Assembly (NCBI GenBank): GCA_024404275.1
Contig: JAKSQG010000001.1
Span: 3,851-36,839 of the forward strand
DNA length: 32,989 nt
Direction of reading: 5' to 3'
Source of the DNA: Clostridia bacterium
GTDB taxonomy: Bacteria > Bacillota > Clostridia > Christensenellales > Aristaeellaceae
The position numbers were made by a program, and so were the translations under genes. This document shows, one piece after another, positions 8,826 to 18,556 of this stretch. Below the pieces are notes generated by a model that ran no database searches, was not told the DNA's origin, and was given only the letters and a program-made list of their open reading frames with translations. Position 1 is the first letter of the stretch. Each line of letters starts with the position of its first letter.

Positions 8826-9836
8826 TTATTCATGATTGGGGGCTGCCAGCGTCTGCCCAGGCAGGTAGCAGCAGGGAACGGTCTCGATCTCGGGGAAGGT
8901 CACTTCCGGGTGTTCCACCAACTCGATCAGTTTTTGGGCTGCCGCTGCACCGATGGCTTCGGTATCCTGACGGATGGTGGTAAGCGCCGGGCGGGTTCGC
9001 TGCAGCAGCGGCACACCGTCGTAACCGACAATGGAGATATCCTACGGAATGCGCAGACCTTTTTCACGTATGGCTTCAATGCCGCCCAGTGCGGCGTAGT
9101 CGTCCGGCATGAGGATGCAGGTGGGCGGTTCGGGAAGCTCCAGCATTTTTCTTACCTGATGACGGGTGCGAGCCGGGTTGTGATACTCGCTTTCGATCAG
9201 ATAACCATCGGGAATGTCCAAACCGGCATCTATCATCGCCTTGCGGTAGCACTTTACGCGGGCTGTGGAGACTGATTTTTCCGCGCCGTGGACATAGCCG
9301 ATCTTTTTGTGACCCATTGCAAGAATGTTCTGCATCAGCAGCTCCATACCCTGACGGTTGTCAGAACGGACGCAGCTGCGTTCCTGAAACAGATAGTCAA
9401 CGGTGACCAGCGGAATCTCGCTGCGTAAAAGCTCCTGTACCTGCGGATCTTCAAAGTGGCAGCATACGATGCATACACCGTCAAATTTCCGGCTCCGGCA
9501 ATGCTCCAGGATGGTACTGCCTGTGCTTGTTCTTTGGGAAATGAAGGTGATGTCATATCCGCGGGCTTCAGCCCCCATGCGGAACGCCTGCAGGATGGGA
9601 GAAAAGTAGCTGTGCGTCAAACCGCTTTCGGAGTCATCCGCATAGAGAACGCCAAGCGTGTAGGTTTTGCCGCTTCTGAGTCCCCGCGCAGCAGCATTGG
9701 GGTTATATCCCAGCTGAGCGGCCTTTTCCTTAACAATCCTGCGGGTCTCTTCATTCACGTCCGAGTAACCATTCAGGGCTTTGCTGACCGTGGATACCGA
9801 TAATCCGCAGGCAGCGGATAGTTCCTTGAGTGTCAT
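8826..9836 (-). CDS. LacI/GalR-family transcriptional regulator containing one in-frame TAG (9042-9044)
   Basis: Track pieces 9042..9893 and 8826..9014 are in the same frame. Direct reading gives ...AIREKGLRIP-TAG-DISIVGYDGVPLLQRTRPALTTIRQD... N-terminal HTH MTLKELSAACGLSVSTVSKALNG starts at ATG 9836. Read-through length is 336 codons, normal for the family. Stop TAA. Confidence 0.85.
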
Positions 9837-9856
9837 CTGAACTCCGCTTCCGTTTC

Positions 9857-9868
9857 TAAATCGTTTTC
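9857..9868. promoter_or_regulatory. Imperfect LacI-type operator upstream of the lacI-family gene
   Basis: Minus-strand GAAAACGATTTA matches 10 of 12 positions of the perfect palindrome at 10001-10012. It lies 9 nt downstream of the putative -10 box. Confidence 0.4.
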
Positions 9869-9877
9869 GTTGAACAT

Positions 9878-9906
9878 AATATAACACACTCAAAATCAGA
9901 ATGCAA
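9878..9906 (-). promoter_or_regulatory. Putative sigma-A promoter of the lacI/ABC operon
   Basis: Minus strand: TTGCAT (9906-9901), 17-nt spacer, TATATT (9883-9878). Confidence 0.45.
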
Positions 9907-9961
9907 GTACTTTTTTTATTTTTTTTGATAATATTTCAACCATTTTTTCCTTTATAGATAG

Positions 9962-9990
9962 TTGATTTATCCTTTCCAATGCATTATAAT
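9962..9990 (+). promoter_or_regulatory. Putative sigma-A promoter of the GH94 phosphorylase gene
   Basis: TTGATT (9962-9967), 17-nt spacer, TATAAT (9985-9990). Confidence 0.55.
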
Positions 9991-10000
9991 AACTCTATTC

Positions 10001-10012
10001 GAAAACGTTTTC
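10001..10012. promoter_or_regulatory. Perfect palindromic LacI/CcpA-type operator
   Basis: GAAAACGTTTTC is a perfect 12-nt palindrome with a central CG, 10 nt downstream of the TATAAT box. It resembles the cre/LacI-family core consensus AANCGNTT. Confidence 0.6.
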
Positions 10013-10079
10013 TTTGAGAAAAGGCACTCTTCGCACCGTGCTTTTCGGTTATTCTTTCTTATCAGGAGGTAAAACCACA

Positions 10080-12503
10080 GTGGAATACGGTCATTTTGAC
10101 GATGCCGCCCGGGAGTATGTCATCACCCGGCCGGATACGCCTTCTCCCTGGATCAACTATCTGGGCAGCGAAGCCTTCTTCACCCTGATGAGCAATACCG
10201 GCGGCGGCTATTCCTTCTATAAAGATGCCCGCATGCTGCGCATCACGCGCTATCGCTATAACAACGTACCGCTTGACGCCGGCGGTCAGTATTTCTACAT
10301 TAACGACCATGGCACCGTCTGGACTCCCGGCTGGATGCCCGTACGCACCCCATTGGACCATTATGAATGCCGTCATGGTCTTGGCTACAGCAGTATCACC
10401 GGCGAGAAGAACGGCCTTTGTGTCAAGGAAACAGCCCTCGTCCCGCGCGGAAAGAATGCCCTGGTCACCCGGGTCGAACTGAAAAACGCTTCTGCTGAAA
10501 GCAAATGCTTCACCCTGACCAGCTTTGTGGAATTCTGTCTGTGGAATGCCCAGGACGATTCCACCAACTTCCAGCGCAATTTTTCTACCGGCGAGGTTGA
10601 AGTGGAAGGCAGCGCCATTTATCATAAGACCGAGTATCGTGAACGCCGCAACCATTATGCAGTGTATGCCGTCAATGCCCCGATCGACAGTTTTGAGACG
10701 GACCGTGACAGTTTCCTCGGCGCATACCGAGGATTCAACGATCCCCGTGCCGTTCTGGAAGGTGCAGAGAACAGCATGGCCAGCGGTTGGGCTCCCGTGG
10801 GCAGCCACCAGCTGAAGGTATCCCTCGCTCCTGGAGAAGAGCGTTCCTTCATCTTTGTGCTGGGCTATTGTGAAAACCCGCAGGAAGAAAAGTTCATCGC
10901 TCCCAATGTGATCAACAAAGCGCCCGCTGATGCGCTGCTCGCCGCTTTCCGTACCGATGATGATTTCGAAGCCGCTCTGGCGGAAATGAAAGCATACTGG
11001 AACGAGCTGCTTTCCATCTATCAGGTGCAGACCGGTGAATCCCGTTTCGATCGCATGGTCGGCATCTGGAATCAGTACCAGTGCATGGTCACCTTCAACA
11101 TGTCCCGTTCCGCCAGCTATTATGAAAGCGGCATCGGTCGAGGCATGGGTTTCCGTGATTCCACGCAAGACCTGCTCGGCTTTGTTCACCTGATTCCCGC
11201 CCGTGCCCGTGAGCGTTTGCTGGACATCGCCGCCACCCAATTCCCCGACGGCAGCGCTTATCACCAGTATCAGCCGCTGACCAAGCGCGGTAACTTTGAC
11301 GTTGGTTCCGGCTTCAACGATGACCCGCTGTGGCTCATCTTCGGCGCGGCTGCGTACATCAAGGAGACCGGCGATCTGTCGATCCTGCACGAATCCGTCC
11401 CCTTCGATAATGACGAATCGCTGGCGCAGCCTTTGATGGAGCATCTTCGCCGTTCTATCCACTATACTCTGGAGCACCTCGGTCCGCACAAGCTGCCGCT
11501 GATCGGCCGTGCGGACTGGAACGACTGCCTCAACCTGAATTGCTTCTCCGCTACGCCCGGTGAAAGCTTCCAGACGACCGCCAACTTTGAAAGCGGCATT
11601 GCCGAAAGCCTCTTTATCGCCGGCATGTTCATCGGTGTCTGTCCCGACTACGAAAAGCTGTGCCGTCTCTATGGCTGGAACGAGGAAGCCGATCAGGTCG
11701 CCGGTTGGAAGAAAGCCATGACCGAAGCCGTTCTGAAAGATGGCTGGGACGGCGAATGGTTCCTGCGTGCCTACGATGCCTACGGCAACAAGATCGGTTC
11801 TGACAGCTGTGAAGAGGGCAAGATCTTCATTGAACCGCAGGGCTTCCTGGTTATGGCCGGCGTTGGCGTTCAGGAAGGCTATGCTGTACGTGCCATGGAT
11901 TCCGTCCGTCATCACCTGCTCGGCGAGCACGGCGTGGCCATCCTGACGCCGCCGTACACACGTTATCATCTGGAACTTGGTGAAATCAGCTCCTATCCCC
12001 CGGGATACAAGGAGAATGGCGGCATTTTCTGCCACAACAACCCCTGGATCGTCATCGGTGAAACGGTGCTGGGCCGCGGCGGCAACGCATATGATGTGTA
12101 TGTACGCACCTGCCCCGCCTTCATCACCGATCAGAAGCTGCACCACACTGAACCGTATGTATACAGCCAGATGGTAGCCGGTCCCTATGCGCCGCGCAGC
12201 GGTCAGGCCAAAAACAGTTGGTTGACCGGTACCGCTGCCTGGACCTTCTACGCCGCCAGCCAGTCCATTCTTGGCATCAAGCCTGACTATGACGGACTGA
12301 TGATTGATCCCTGCCTGCCTGGAAATCTGACGGATGTGTCCATTACCCGCCGTTTCCGTGACAGCGTATATCATGTGCATATTGTCAACAAAGCCGGCAA
12401 CACCAAAGGTCAAATGAGCATGACCATGGACGGCATCGCCGTCAATGGCAATGTGCTGCCTGCCGTTCCCGGAGAGCATCAGGTAGAAGTCATCATGGCC
12501 TGA
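10080..12503 (+). CDS. cbp: GH94 cellobiose phosphorylase (or closely related beta-glucan disaccharide phosphorylase)
   Basis: Motifs typical of characterised cellobiose phosphorylases: [62 protein letters not shown]. The track start TTG 10014 is replaced by GTG 10080, 9 nt after AGGAGG, giving 807 aa. Stop TGA. Confidence 0.9.
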   Translation: MEYGHFDDAAREYVITRPDTPSPWINYLGSEAFFTLMSNTGGGYSFYKDARMLRITRYRYNNVPLDAGGQYFYINDHGTVWTPGWMPVRTPLDHYECRHGLGYSSITGEKNGLCVKETALVPRGKNALVTRVELKNASAESKCFTLTSFVEFCLWNAQDDSTNFQRNFSTGEVEVEGSAIYHKTEYRERRNHYAVYAVNAPIDSFETDRDSFLGAYRGFNDPRAVLEGAENSMASGWAPVGSHQLKVSLAPGEERSFIFVLGYCENPQEEKFIAPNVINKAPADALLAAFRTDDDFEAALAEMKAYWNELLSIYQVQTGESRFDRMVGIWNQYQCMVTFNMSRSASYYESGIGRGMGFRDSTQDLLGFVHLIPARARERLLDIAATQFPDGSAYHQYQPLTKRGNFDVGSGFNDDPLWLIFGAAAYIKETGDLSILHESVPFDNDESLAQPLMEHLRRSIHYTLEHLGPHKLPLIGRADWNDCLNLNCFSATPGESFQTTANFESGIAESLFIAGMFIGVCPDYEKLCRLYGWNEEADQVAGWKKAMTEAVLKDGWDGEWFLRAYDAYGNKIGSDSCEEGKIFIEPQGFLVMAGVGVQEGYAVRAMDSVRHHLLGEHGVAILTPPYTRYHLELGEISSYPPGYKENGGIFCHNNPWIVIGETVLGRGGNAYDVYVRTCPAFITDQKLHHTEPYVYSQMVAGPYAPRSGQAKNSWLTGTAAWTFYAASQSILGIKPDYDGLMIDPCLPGNLTDVSITRRFRDSVYHVHIVNKAGNTKGQMSMTMDGIAVNGNVLPAVPGEHQVEVIMA

Positions 12504-12518
12504 AAGGCATAACAAAAC

Positions 12519-12562
12519 GCGTCCTGCACTCTGTCAGTTTCAGAGGCAGGACGCACTTTTTA
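12519..12562. terminator. Bidirectional intrinsic terminator between convergent cbp and mscS genes
   Basis: GCGTCCTGC-A-CTCTG ... CAGAG-GCAGGACGC stem followed by ACTTTTTATT on the + strand. Confidence 0.65.
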
Positions 12563-12576
12563 TTCTGTTTCTTATC

Positions 12577-13389
12577 TTACTTATCCAGGTGGACATCCAT
12601 CTGCGGATAAGGAATGGTGATGTTCTTGTTCTGGAAGGCCTTTGTCATCTCCTCCAGCAAATCAAAGTGCACATCCCAATAATCCGCCGTCTTTACCCAT
12701 ACACGCAGCGTGTATACCAACGCACTGTTATCCTGTTTGGAGAGGCGTACAAAAGGTGCCGGATCACGCAATACCTTTTTGTGGTTCTGTGCCACGGTCA
12801 TAATGGTCTCTTTGACCACCTGAACCGGAACATCGTATCCCGCGCTGAATGTCATATCCACGCGGCGGTTGCCGTTATTGGAAAAATTGGTAATTGTCGC
12901 GCTGGTGATGCTGCCGTTTGGCACCGTGATGGTTTTGTTATCCGGGGTATTGATGATCGTGGAAAACAAACCGATTCCTTTGACGGTGCCGCCGATGCCG
13001 GTTACCTCCACATAATCCCCCACATGGAACGGATGCAGCGCCAGCAGCATCAGACCGCCGGCAACATTGGACAGAGCTCCTTGCATGGCCAGACCGACGG
13101 CTACGCCGCAGGAAGCCAGCACGGTGATGAGGCTTGCAGTATCAACGCCGATGATGCCGCAAACGATCATAATCAGCAGCGTATATACAACAATGCTGAC
13201 GCTGCTTTGCAAAAATCCCCTCAGGTTGGTATCCAGCTTATCAAAAAATTTGGCGTCCCCGACCCATTTGGTCAGCCATCTGGCAAAGCGAACGCCGAGA
13301 AAGACAGCAACCGCAGCTTCCAGAAGCTGCAGCCCCACCGTCATCACAAAAGTGGCGGCCGCCTGCGCCATCGAATCAAAAAAGCCCAT
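12577..13389 (-). CDS. mscS: Small-conductance mechanosensitive channel (MscS family)
   Basis: TM helices followed by the MscS beta-domain region (LALHPFHVGDYVEVTGIGGTVKGIGLFSTIINTPDNKTITVPNGS). Start moved to ATG 13389, 6 nt after GGAGGG. The track's longer 13599 start overlaps a terminator and the upstream gene. Stop TAA. Confidence 0.85.
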   Translation of the reverse strand: MGFFDSMAQAAATFVMTVGLQLLEAAVAVFLGVRFARWLTKWVGDAKFFDKLDTNLRGFLQSSVSIVVYTLLIMIVCGIIGVDTASLITVLASCGVAVGLAMQGALSNVAGGLMLLALHPFHVGDYVEVTGIGGTVKGIGLFSTIINTPDNKTITVPNGSITSATITNFSNNGNRRVDMTFSAGYDVPVQVVKETIMTVAQNHKKVLRDPAPFVRLSKQDNSALVYTLRVWVKTADYWDVHFDLLEEMTKAFQNKNITIPYPQMDVHLDK

Positions 13390-13534
13390 CGAATGCCCTC
13401 CACGGAAAGAATGAACAAAGCACGTTTCTATGCCCTTCTGTTGTAACATAAAAATTCCGTCAGAGCAAGTCATTTTATGAAGTAAAAAGGCTTGTTTCTG
13501 TTTTTTCGCAAAGATGCCTTCTGATATATCGAAA

Positions 13535-13563
13535 CAGGCCTGTCCCGACAAAGGACAGGCCTG
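13535..13563 (-). terminator. Hairpin downstream of the 13583..14029 ORF
   Basis: CAGGCCTGTCC / GGACAGGCCTG, an 11-bp perfect stem with a 7-nt loop, followed on the minus strand by TTTC. Confidence 0.5.
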
Positions 13564-13582
13564 CGCATAAAAGTATGGCTGA

Positions 13583-14029
13583 TTATTGAATGACGCCAAA
13601 GGCCATCAGGAAATCACGCACTTCGTTGAACTCGGCTTCGTTCGCCGGCATAGCCATTCCATATTCCGCAAGAACGGAGCAGAACTGATCATAAGTGACC
13701 AAGCTCGGTGTATAACTGCCATCCGCCTGCATGACGCTCATCTTCAGCATTTCGCCGCTTTCCGCCTTCAAAAGCAGTTCGTTCAGTGTGGACGGAAAAG
13801 CATCGTCTGCTGCTCCCGATGTATTTGCGTCAGCAGAAGCCGCCGCGGATGCAGAAGCATTTCCGGAAGAAACGATTTTCAGATCGGCAGGAAGCTTGTC
13901 AATTTCCACCCACATGACCGGGCGCACGCCAATGCTGCCGCAGCCGCCCTGCATGATAGAAGCACCCTTAAAGATGTTGCTCTGATAAACCATCGTCATG
14001 CAATACGTATCGCCCGCATCGCGAAGCAC
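13583..14029 (-). CDS. Hypothetical protein; possibly a 5'-truncated remnant
   Basis: The ORF starts at a GTG inside a WVLRD...GVRPVMWV-type motif. The same frame stays open upstream (PDITKKKLREPIAFHHCFAYNINAFDSYVHW) with no ATG/GTG/TTG back to a TGA. An Ala/Ser-rich linker and a C-terminal domain without a recognisable family follow. Stop TAA. Confidence 0.35.
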   Translation of the reverse strand: MLRDAGDTYCMTMVYQSNIFKGASIMQGGCGSIGVRPVMWVEIDKLPADLKIVSSGNASASAAASADANTSGAADDAFPSTLNELLLKAESGEMLKMSVMQADGSYTPSLVTYDQFCSVLAEYGMAMPANEAEFNEVRDFLMAFGVIQ

Positions 14030-14144
14030 CCAATGAACGTACGAATCGAAGGCGTTGATATTATACGCAAAACAATGATGAAAAGCAATCGGTTCACGTA
14101 GTTTCTTTTTTGTAATATCTGGGTGTATATTTTCCCGTATACAT

Positions 14145-14181
14145 CACTCTACTGTCGGTAGAGTGGCATTTTTTCTCTTTT
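14145..14181 (+). terminator. Orphan intrinsic-terminator-like hairpin on the + strand
   Basis: CACTCTAC-TGTCG-GTAGAGTG followed by GCATTTTTTCTCTTTT. No + strand CDS lies upstream of it. Confidence 0.4.
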
Positions 14182-14254
14182 GACAGGAGAATCGGCATTC
14201 TTTGATGCGGAGATACCAAGTCCGCAGTTCGTAGAACACGAAACCGCGTTCTAC

Positions 14255-14263
14255 TGCTATACT
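14255..14263 (+). promoter_or_regulatory. Possible extended -10 promoter element for the SGNH hydrolase gene
   Basis: TGCTATACT (TGn + TATACT) about 29 nt upstream of ATG 14292. RBS GGAGGG at 14279-14284. Confidence 0.35.
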
Positions 14264-14291
14264 GGTTTTACAACAAACGGAGGGAAAGAAC

Positions 14292-15035
14292 ATGCTTAAC
14301 AATCAGCTTTGCATTTTTGGCGATTCCATTTATTGCGGTGTCACCTTTGACGAAACCTTTGGACGCTATACCCTTTGCCGCAATACCTTTGATAAGAAAC
14401 TTCGTTCCTTCGGCGTGACCGTCCGCAACAACGCCCGTCCCGGCTGCACCACCGACATCGCGCTGAATCATCTGGATGAAGCGCGTGTACTTCCCGGAGC
14501 TGTTTGCCTCATTTCCTTTGGCGGCAATGATTCTGATCTTGAGTGGGAAAAGGTCGCAGCCGATCCAGACCATTATCACGAGGGAAAAGTCTCCCTGGCG
14601 CAGTTCAAGGAAAACATACGGGAACTGATTCTTTTTGCAAGGGAGAAACAGATGCAGCCGGTCGTGTGCACACCCCTTCCCGTGGCAGCGGAACGCTATT
14701 TTGAAACTTTCTCCAAAGGACTTGACCGCAGTGCCCTGATGCGCTATCTGCATAACACCGAATACATCTATCGTTGGCAGGAGCGTTACGCGCTGGGAGC
14801 ACAGCAGGTTGCCTGCAGCATGAATTGTGAAGTGTTTGACCTGCGCAGTATCTTTCTTTACCAACGGGACTTTTCAGCGCTCATGTGCCGGGACGGCATC
14901 CACCCGAGCGCAGCCGGATATACGCTGATGACGCAAGCCTTCTGCAGTTTCTGGGGAGTCGAAAGCGCATCTGATACACAGTCACAGCGTGTGTTTCATC
15001 CCTTCTTCAACCCCGCATCCGCCTTCTCCTTCTGA
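14292..15035 (+). CDS. SGNH/GDSL-family hydrolase
   Basis: 247 aa with block I FGDSI, block III GGND and block V DGIHP. Stop TGA. Confidence 0.8.
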   Translation: MLNNQLCIFGDSIYCGVTFDETFGRYTLCRNTFDKKLRSFGVTVRNNARPGCTTDIALNHLDEARVLPGAVCLISFGGNDSDLEWEKVAADPDHYHEGKVSLAQFKENIRELILFAREKQMQPVVCTPLPVAAERYFETFSKGLDRSALMRYLHNTEYIYRWQERYALGAQQVACSMNCEVFDLRSIFLYQRDFSALMCRDGIHPSAAGYTLMTQAFCSFWGVESASDTQSQRVFHPFFNPASAFSF

Positions 15036-15046
15036 AAGAAAATAGC

Positions 15047-15088
15047 AAAAGGGCCACCGTTCAAAACGATGGCCCTTATTTTTGTTTG
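15047..15088. terminator. Bidirectional terminator between the SGNH gene and ftsZ
   Basis: AAGGGCCA(15049-15056)/TGGCCCTT(15070-15077) followed by ATTTTTGTTTG on the + strand and TTGCTATTTTC on the minus strand. Confidence 0.65.
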
Positions 15089-15090
15089 TA

Positions 15091-16425
15091 TTACTTTTTG
15101 CGGCGCAGATAGGCAGGAACACCCAGATCGTCCTTTTCAACGCCGGAGGGCTGCTGAGGAGCGGCCACAGGGGCGACAGGAGCCTGCTGAACGGGAGCCG
15201 CAGCAGGAGCTGCGGGAGCCTGTACAGGAGCCGCCACAGGGCTCTGGAAGGCAGGCGCCGTAAAGGTGGGAGCAGTATAGAAAGGCGTCTGAGGCGCGGG
15301 CTGCTGAGCGGCAGGACGCGCGCTGCCGGTGGCAAAGGTATCCGGGTCAAAGCTCATGGGAGCGGGAGCGCTCTCATAAGGATTGACACTGGCATTTGCG
15401 GCACCATAAGGAGCGGAGACCGGACGGGTGCCGGGCTTGCGCTTGGGGGCCGCTCCGAAGGAATTCTTATCAAAGCCGGTGGCAATCACCGTGATGCGAA
15501 CTTCTTCGCCCAAGGATTCATCCACATTGGCGCCAAAGATGATGTTGGCTTCGCTGTCGGAAGCCTGCATGATCAGGCTGGCCGCCTCATTGACATCCAT
15601 GATGTTGAGGTCGCTGCCGCCGGACACATTGATCAGCACAGAGCGGGCGCCATCGATCTTGGTCTCAAGCAGCGGGCTGGAAATGGCTTCCTTGGCGGCA
15701 TTGACCAAACCGTTTTCGCCGCGGCCCACGCCGATGCCCATATGGGCCATGCCGCCGGCTTCCATGACCGTGCGGACATCCGCAAAGTCCAGGTTGATGA
15801 TGGCGGGAACGGCGATGAGATCGCTGATGCCCTGAATGCCCTGACGCAGCACGTCATCAGCCTTGCGGAAGGCTTCCAGCATCGTGGTGCCCTTGCTGAC
15901 CACCTGCAGCAGACGATCATTGGGGATGACCACCAGCGTATCCACATTCTGCTTCAGCTCATTGATACCGGCATCGGCATTCTTCATGCGCTGCTTGCCT
16001 TCAAACAGGAAAGGCTTGGTCACCACGGCAATGGTCAGGCAGCCCAGCTCACGGGCGACCTGAGCCACCACAGGAGCCGCGCCCGTACCGGTGCCGCCGC
16101 CCATACCGGCAGTAACAAACACCAGGTCGGCGCCCTTCAGCACCGCTTCGATATCTTCGCGGCTTTCCTCGGCGGCACGGCGGCCCACATCGGGGACGGC
16201 ACCGGCGCCCAGACCCTTGGTCAGCTTTTCGCCGATCTGAATCTTGGTTCCGGCCTTGGAAAGGTTCAGAGCCTGATGATCCGTGTTGACGGCAATAAAT
16301 TCAACACCGCGCAGCCCGGCTTCCACCATGCGGTTGACAGCGTTGCTGCCGCCGCCGCCGCATCCGACAACACGGATAGCGGCAAAACCCTTGTTATTTT
16401 CATTTTCCATCTGGACTTCCAGCAT
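15091..16425 (-). CDS. ftsZ: Cell division GTPase FtsZ
   Basis: Motifs [13 protein letters not shown] and [15 protein letters not shown], a long Pro/Ala-rich linker and the C-terminal peptide [22 protein letters not shown]. Stop TAA. Confidence 0.97.
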   Translation of the reverse strand: MLEVQMENENNKGFAAIRVVGCGGGGSNAVNRMVEAGLRGVEFIAVNTDHQALNLSKAGTKIQIGEKLTKGLGAGAVPDVGRRAAEESREDIEAVLKGADLVFVTAGMGGGTGTGAAPVVAQVARELGCLTIAVVTKPFLFEGKQRMKNADAGINELKQNVDTLVVIPNDRLLQVVSKGTTMLEAFRKADDVLRQGIQGISDLIAVPAIINLDFADVRTVMEAGGMAHMGIGVGRGENGLVNAAKEAISSPLLETKIDGARSVLINVSGGSDLNIMDVNEAASLIMQASDSEANIIFGANVDESLGEEVRITVIATGFDKNSFGAAPKRKPGTRPVSAPYGAANASVNPYESAPAPMSFDPDTFATGSARPAAQQPAPQTPFYTAPTFTAPAFQSPVAAPVQAPAAPAAAPVQQAPVAPVAAPQQPSGVEKDDLGVPAYLRRKK

Positions 16426-16456
16426 ATTAGCCTCCCGATTTCTGTCGTCGTTCTTC

Positions 16457-17638
16457 TCAGCCGCCGAAAAGATTTCTCAGCATGCCGCGAAGTCCGCGAG
16501 GTTGATTGGTCATTTCAGAATTCTCAAGCACAGTATCCATCAGACCCAGCACGCTGGTATACAGCGGACTGGACAGCTTGTTGGTCTTGCGGGGGAAATC
16601 CCGTACCGTGCGATCCAGCTTTTTGCTCATCATTTCACGCGCGCCGCGGTTGAGCGCCAGGCCGCCGCCCGTAATGAAAACCACGCTCTGGTTGGAAAGG
16701 CGTACGCCGCTGCCCTTGATGGTGTCATGGATCTTTTCGCAGATCTCTTCCACGCGGGGCTCCAGCACTTCCGCCACTTCCTCACGGGTGAAGGTGCGCG
16801 TCACATTATCGCGATCCGGCACATCATAGGTTTCTTCCTCATCGGCGTAGGTACCGAAGGTGTAGGAGCGTTTGATGGTCTCGGCGGATTCCAGCGGAAT
16901 CTTGAGGCCATATGCCAGATCGGCAGAGATATAGCCGCCGCCCACAGGCAGCACCTGCTGATAAATGATGGCGTCGCCTTCGATCACCATGACCTCGGTA
17001 TTCAGGTAACCGATATCCACCGCCACAGCGGTATTGACTCTCTCCTCGATGGGCACATACATCATGGACTGCCCCACGGAGGTAGAGAAGAAACTCGCCA
17101 CCTGCACATTGATGGCGCGGAAGCGTTCGCTTACATCGTTCAGGAAAAACTCATCCGCCACCACATAGGATACTTTGGCGCGCAGTGAATTGCCGCGCAC
17201 GCCCATGGGCTCCAGCGTCTTTTTGCCTTCATCCACCTTGAACCAGGCGGGACCGCGATGAATGATTTCACCCTGAACAGCACCCAGCTGGCGGTTGGCC
17301 TCATTAAAAAGCTCCCTGACGTCATTCTGGGTCACATGCGGATCGGTCCCCTGCAGGTCTACCCGTGCTTCCACCGTATAAACGCGGCAGAATTCGCCGG
17401 GCACGCCGACGCTGACTTCACGGATGCGGATGCCCGACTGCTCCTCCGCCTTATGAACAGCCTCGCTCATGCGGCCAATCAGATTATCGGGATCATTCCA
17501 CTGACCATCGGTATAGCCGGCATATTCCACATAACCGGCACCGAGTATATCACAGTTGCGCTGGCGATTGCCGCTGTCCGCCACGAGCACACTGATCTTG
17601 CTCGTTCCAAAGTCGACCGCCGTAAGCGTGTTCTTCAT
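16457..17638 (-). CDS. ftsA: Cell division protein FtsA (actin-like ATPase)
   Basis: 393 aa, starting [20 protein letters not shown], with [10 protein letters not shown] and ITGGGLAL motifs. Located immediately upstream of ftsZ. Stop TGA. Confidence 0.9.
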   Translation of the reverse strand: MKNTLTAVDFGTSKISVLVADSGNRQRNCDILGAGYVEYAGYTDGQWNDPDNLIGRMSEAVHKAEEQSGIRIREVSVGVPGEFCRVYTVEARVDLQGTDPHVTQNDVRELFNEANRQLGAVQGEIIHRGPAWFKVDEGKKTLEPMGVRGNSLRAKVSYVVADEFFLNDVSERFRAINVQVASFFSTSVGQSMMYVPIEERVNTAVAVDIGYLNTEVMVIEGDAIIYQQVLPVGGGYISADLAYGLKIPLESAETIKRSYTFGTYADEEETYDVPDRDNVTRTFTREEVAEVLEPRVEEICEKIHDTIKGSGVRLSNQSVVFITGGGLALNRGAREMMSKKLDRTVRDFPRKTNKLSSPLYTSVLGLMDTVLENSEMTNQPRGLRGMLRNLFGG

Positions 17639-17725
17639 AATCGTTCATCCCCTGTTCGTTGCAAAAGGTGCCCTCCGTTACTGTCATGGGCAGGCAGAAT
17701 ACACCTAATAATCATAGGATACTTC

Positions 17726-17754
17726 ATTTTACCCTTTTTACGGCGGAATGGCAA
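17726..17754 (-). promoter_or_regulatory. Putative sigma-A promoter upstream of ftsA-ftsZ
   Basis: Minus strand: TTGCCA (17754-17749), 17-nt spacer, TAAAAT (17731-17726), inside the 168-bp ftsQ-ftsA spacer. Confidence 0.5.
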
Positions 17755-17806
17755 GCGTTTTTAAGGCATATATGTAATTTTTTTGGACGAATGGACTATT
17801 TTTTCG

Positions 17807-18541
17807 TCACCGGGGCAGATAACTGGCCTCGCCCGGCACAGTCGCCTCAATGGTGCCGCCCTGAAGCCCTCTGGCGCGAAGTTCCATCAGTACAGCCCGC
17901 ACCGTACCCAGCTTGCCCCGAAGGGACTGCGCGTTGCCGATCCGGATGGTATGGCCATCCCGGGTGGTCAATGTCAGGCTTTCTGTGCGGGACGCGTCCA
18001 TTGAGGCAATTTCCGTGACCCAACCCTGCGCCCGAAGCTCTTCCACCACGGCTGTTACGCTGTCAAACTGCCCTTCTTCCATGCAGACAACCCGGGAATG
18101 CTCCCTGATATCACGGATGTTGAGCCCGTTCACATAGATGCAGCCGTTATCCTCATCCAGGACATTGCTGACAGAAAGCACCACGCCGGAGGAGGAGGTG
18201 ACAAACCGCCGTCCCCCACCCCCTTCCTGGATGTTCAAAGCCGGTGTCTGCTCCTGTACATACAGGACGACTGTATCCGGCCAGATCTTTTCCAGGCTTT
18301 GATAGACATAGTGATAATCGCTGTTGATGCCCTTTCGGATGGTGTTCTCATCGACATCAAAATAGCTCATGCCTGTTTTGAGACCGCTGAGGTTATACAC
18401 CTTAAGCAGATTTTCATCACTGACACCGGCCAGCAGCACATGCTGAATGACCGCCACTTTTTCGTGTATGACAAAGGCGGCTGAAAGCAGCAATACTGCC
18501 GCCACAGCCGCGATCATGATGGTTTTCATTCCCTTTCGCAT
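17807..18541 (-). CDS. ftsQ: Cell division protein FtsQ/DivIB (short form)
   Basis: 244 aa with a single N-terminal TM helix followed by a POTRA-like region (VYNLSGLKTGMSYFDVDENTIRKGI...VVLYVQEQTP). dcw synteny. RBS GGAGGG. Stop TGA. Confidence 0.8.
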   Translation of the reverse strand: MRKGMKTIMIAAVAAVLLLSAAFVIHEKVAVIQHVLLAGVSDENLLKVYNLSGLKTGMSYFDVDENTIRKGINSDYHYVYQSLEKIWPDTVVLYVQEQTPALNIQEGGGGRRFVTSSSGVVLSVSNVLDEDNGCIYVNGLNIRDIREHSRVVCMEEGQFDSVTAVVEELRAQGWVTEIASMDASRTESLTLTTRDGHTIRIGNAQSLRGKLGTVRAVLMELRARGLQGGTIEATVPGEASYLPR

Positions 18542-18556
18542 CGGGATCCCTCCGCT

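Noticed and set aside
7551-9275. 574-aa + strand ORF
   Set aside because: Antisense mirror of the solute-binding protein and lacI genes. It has a low-complexity G/V/H-rich composition typical of shadow ORFs in GC-rich DNA.
10014-10079. TTG start at 10014 for the phosphorylase
   Set aside because: It would begin inside the operator/5' UTR. The GTG at 10080 follows AGGAGG at good spacing and matches the usual N-terminus of GH94 enzymes.
10062-12515. 817-aa minus-strand ORF
   Set aside because: Shadow ORF opposite the GH94 phosphorylase, which has unambiguous family motifs on the + strand.
13390-13599. Long N-terminal extension of the MscS ORF
   Set aside because: The extension runs through a terminator hairpin and overlaps the upstream gene. 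An ATG at 13389 with a GGAGGG RBS gives a normal-length channel.
15082-16653. 523-aa + strand ORF
   Set aside because: Shadow ORF opposite ftsZ and the ftsA 3' end.
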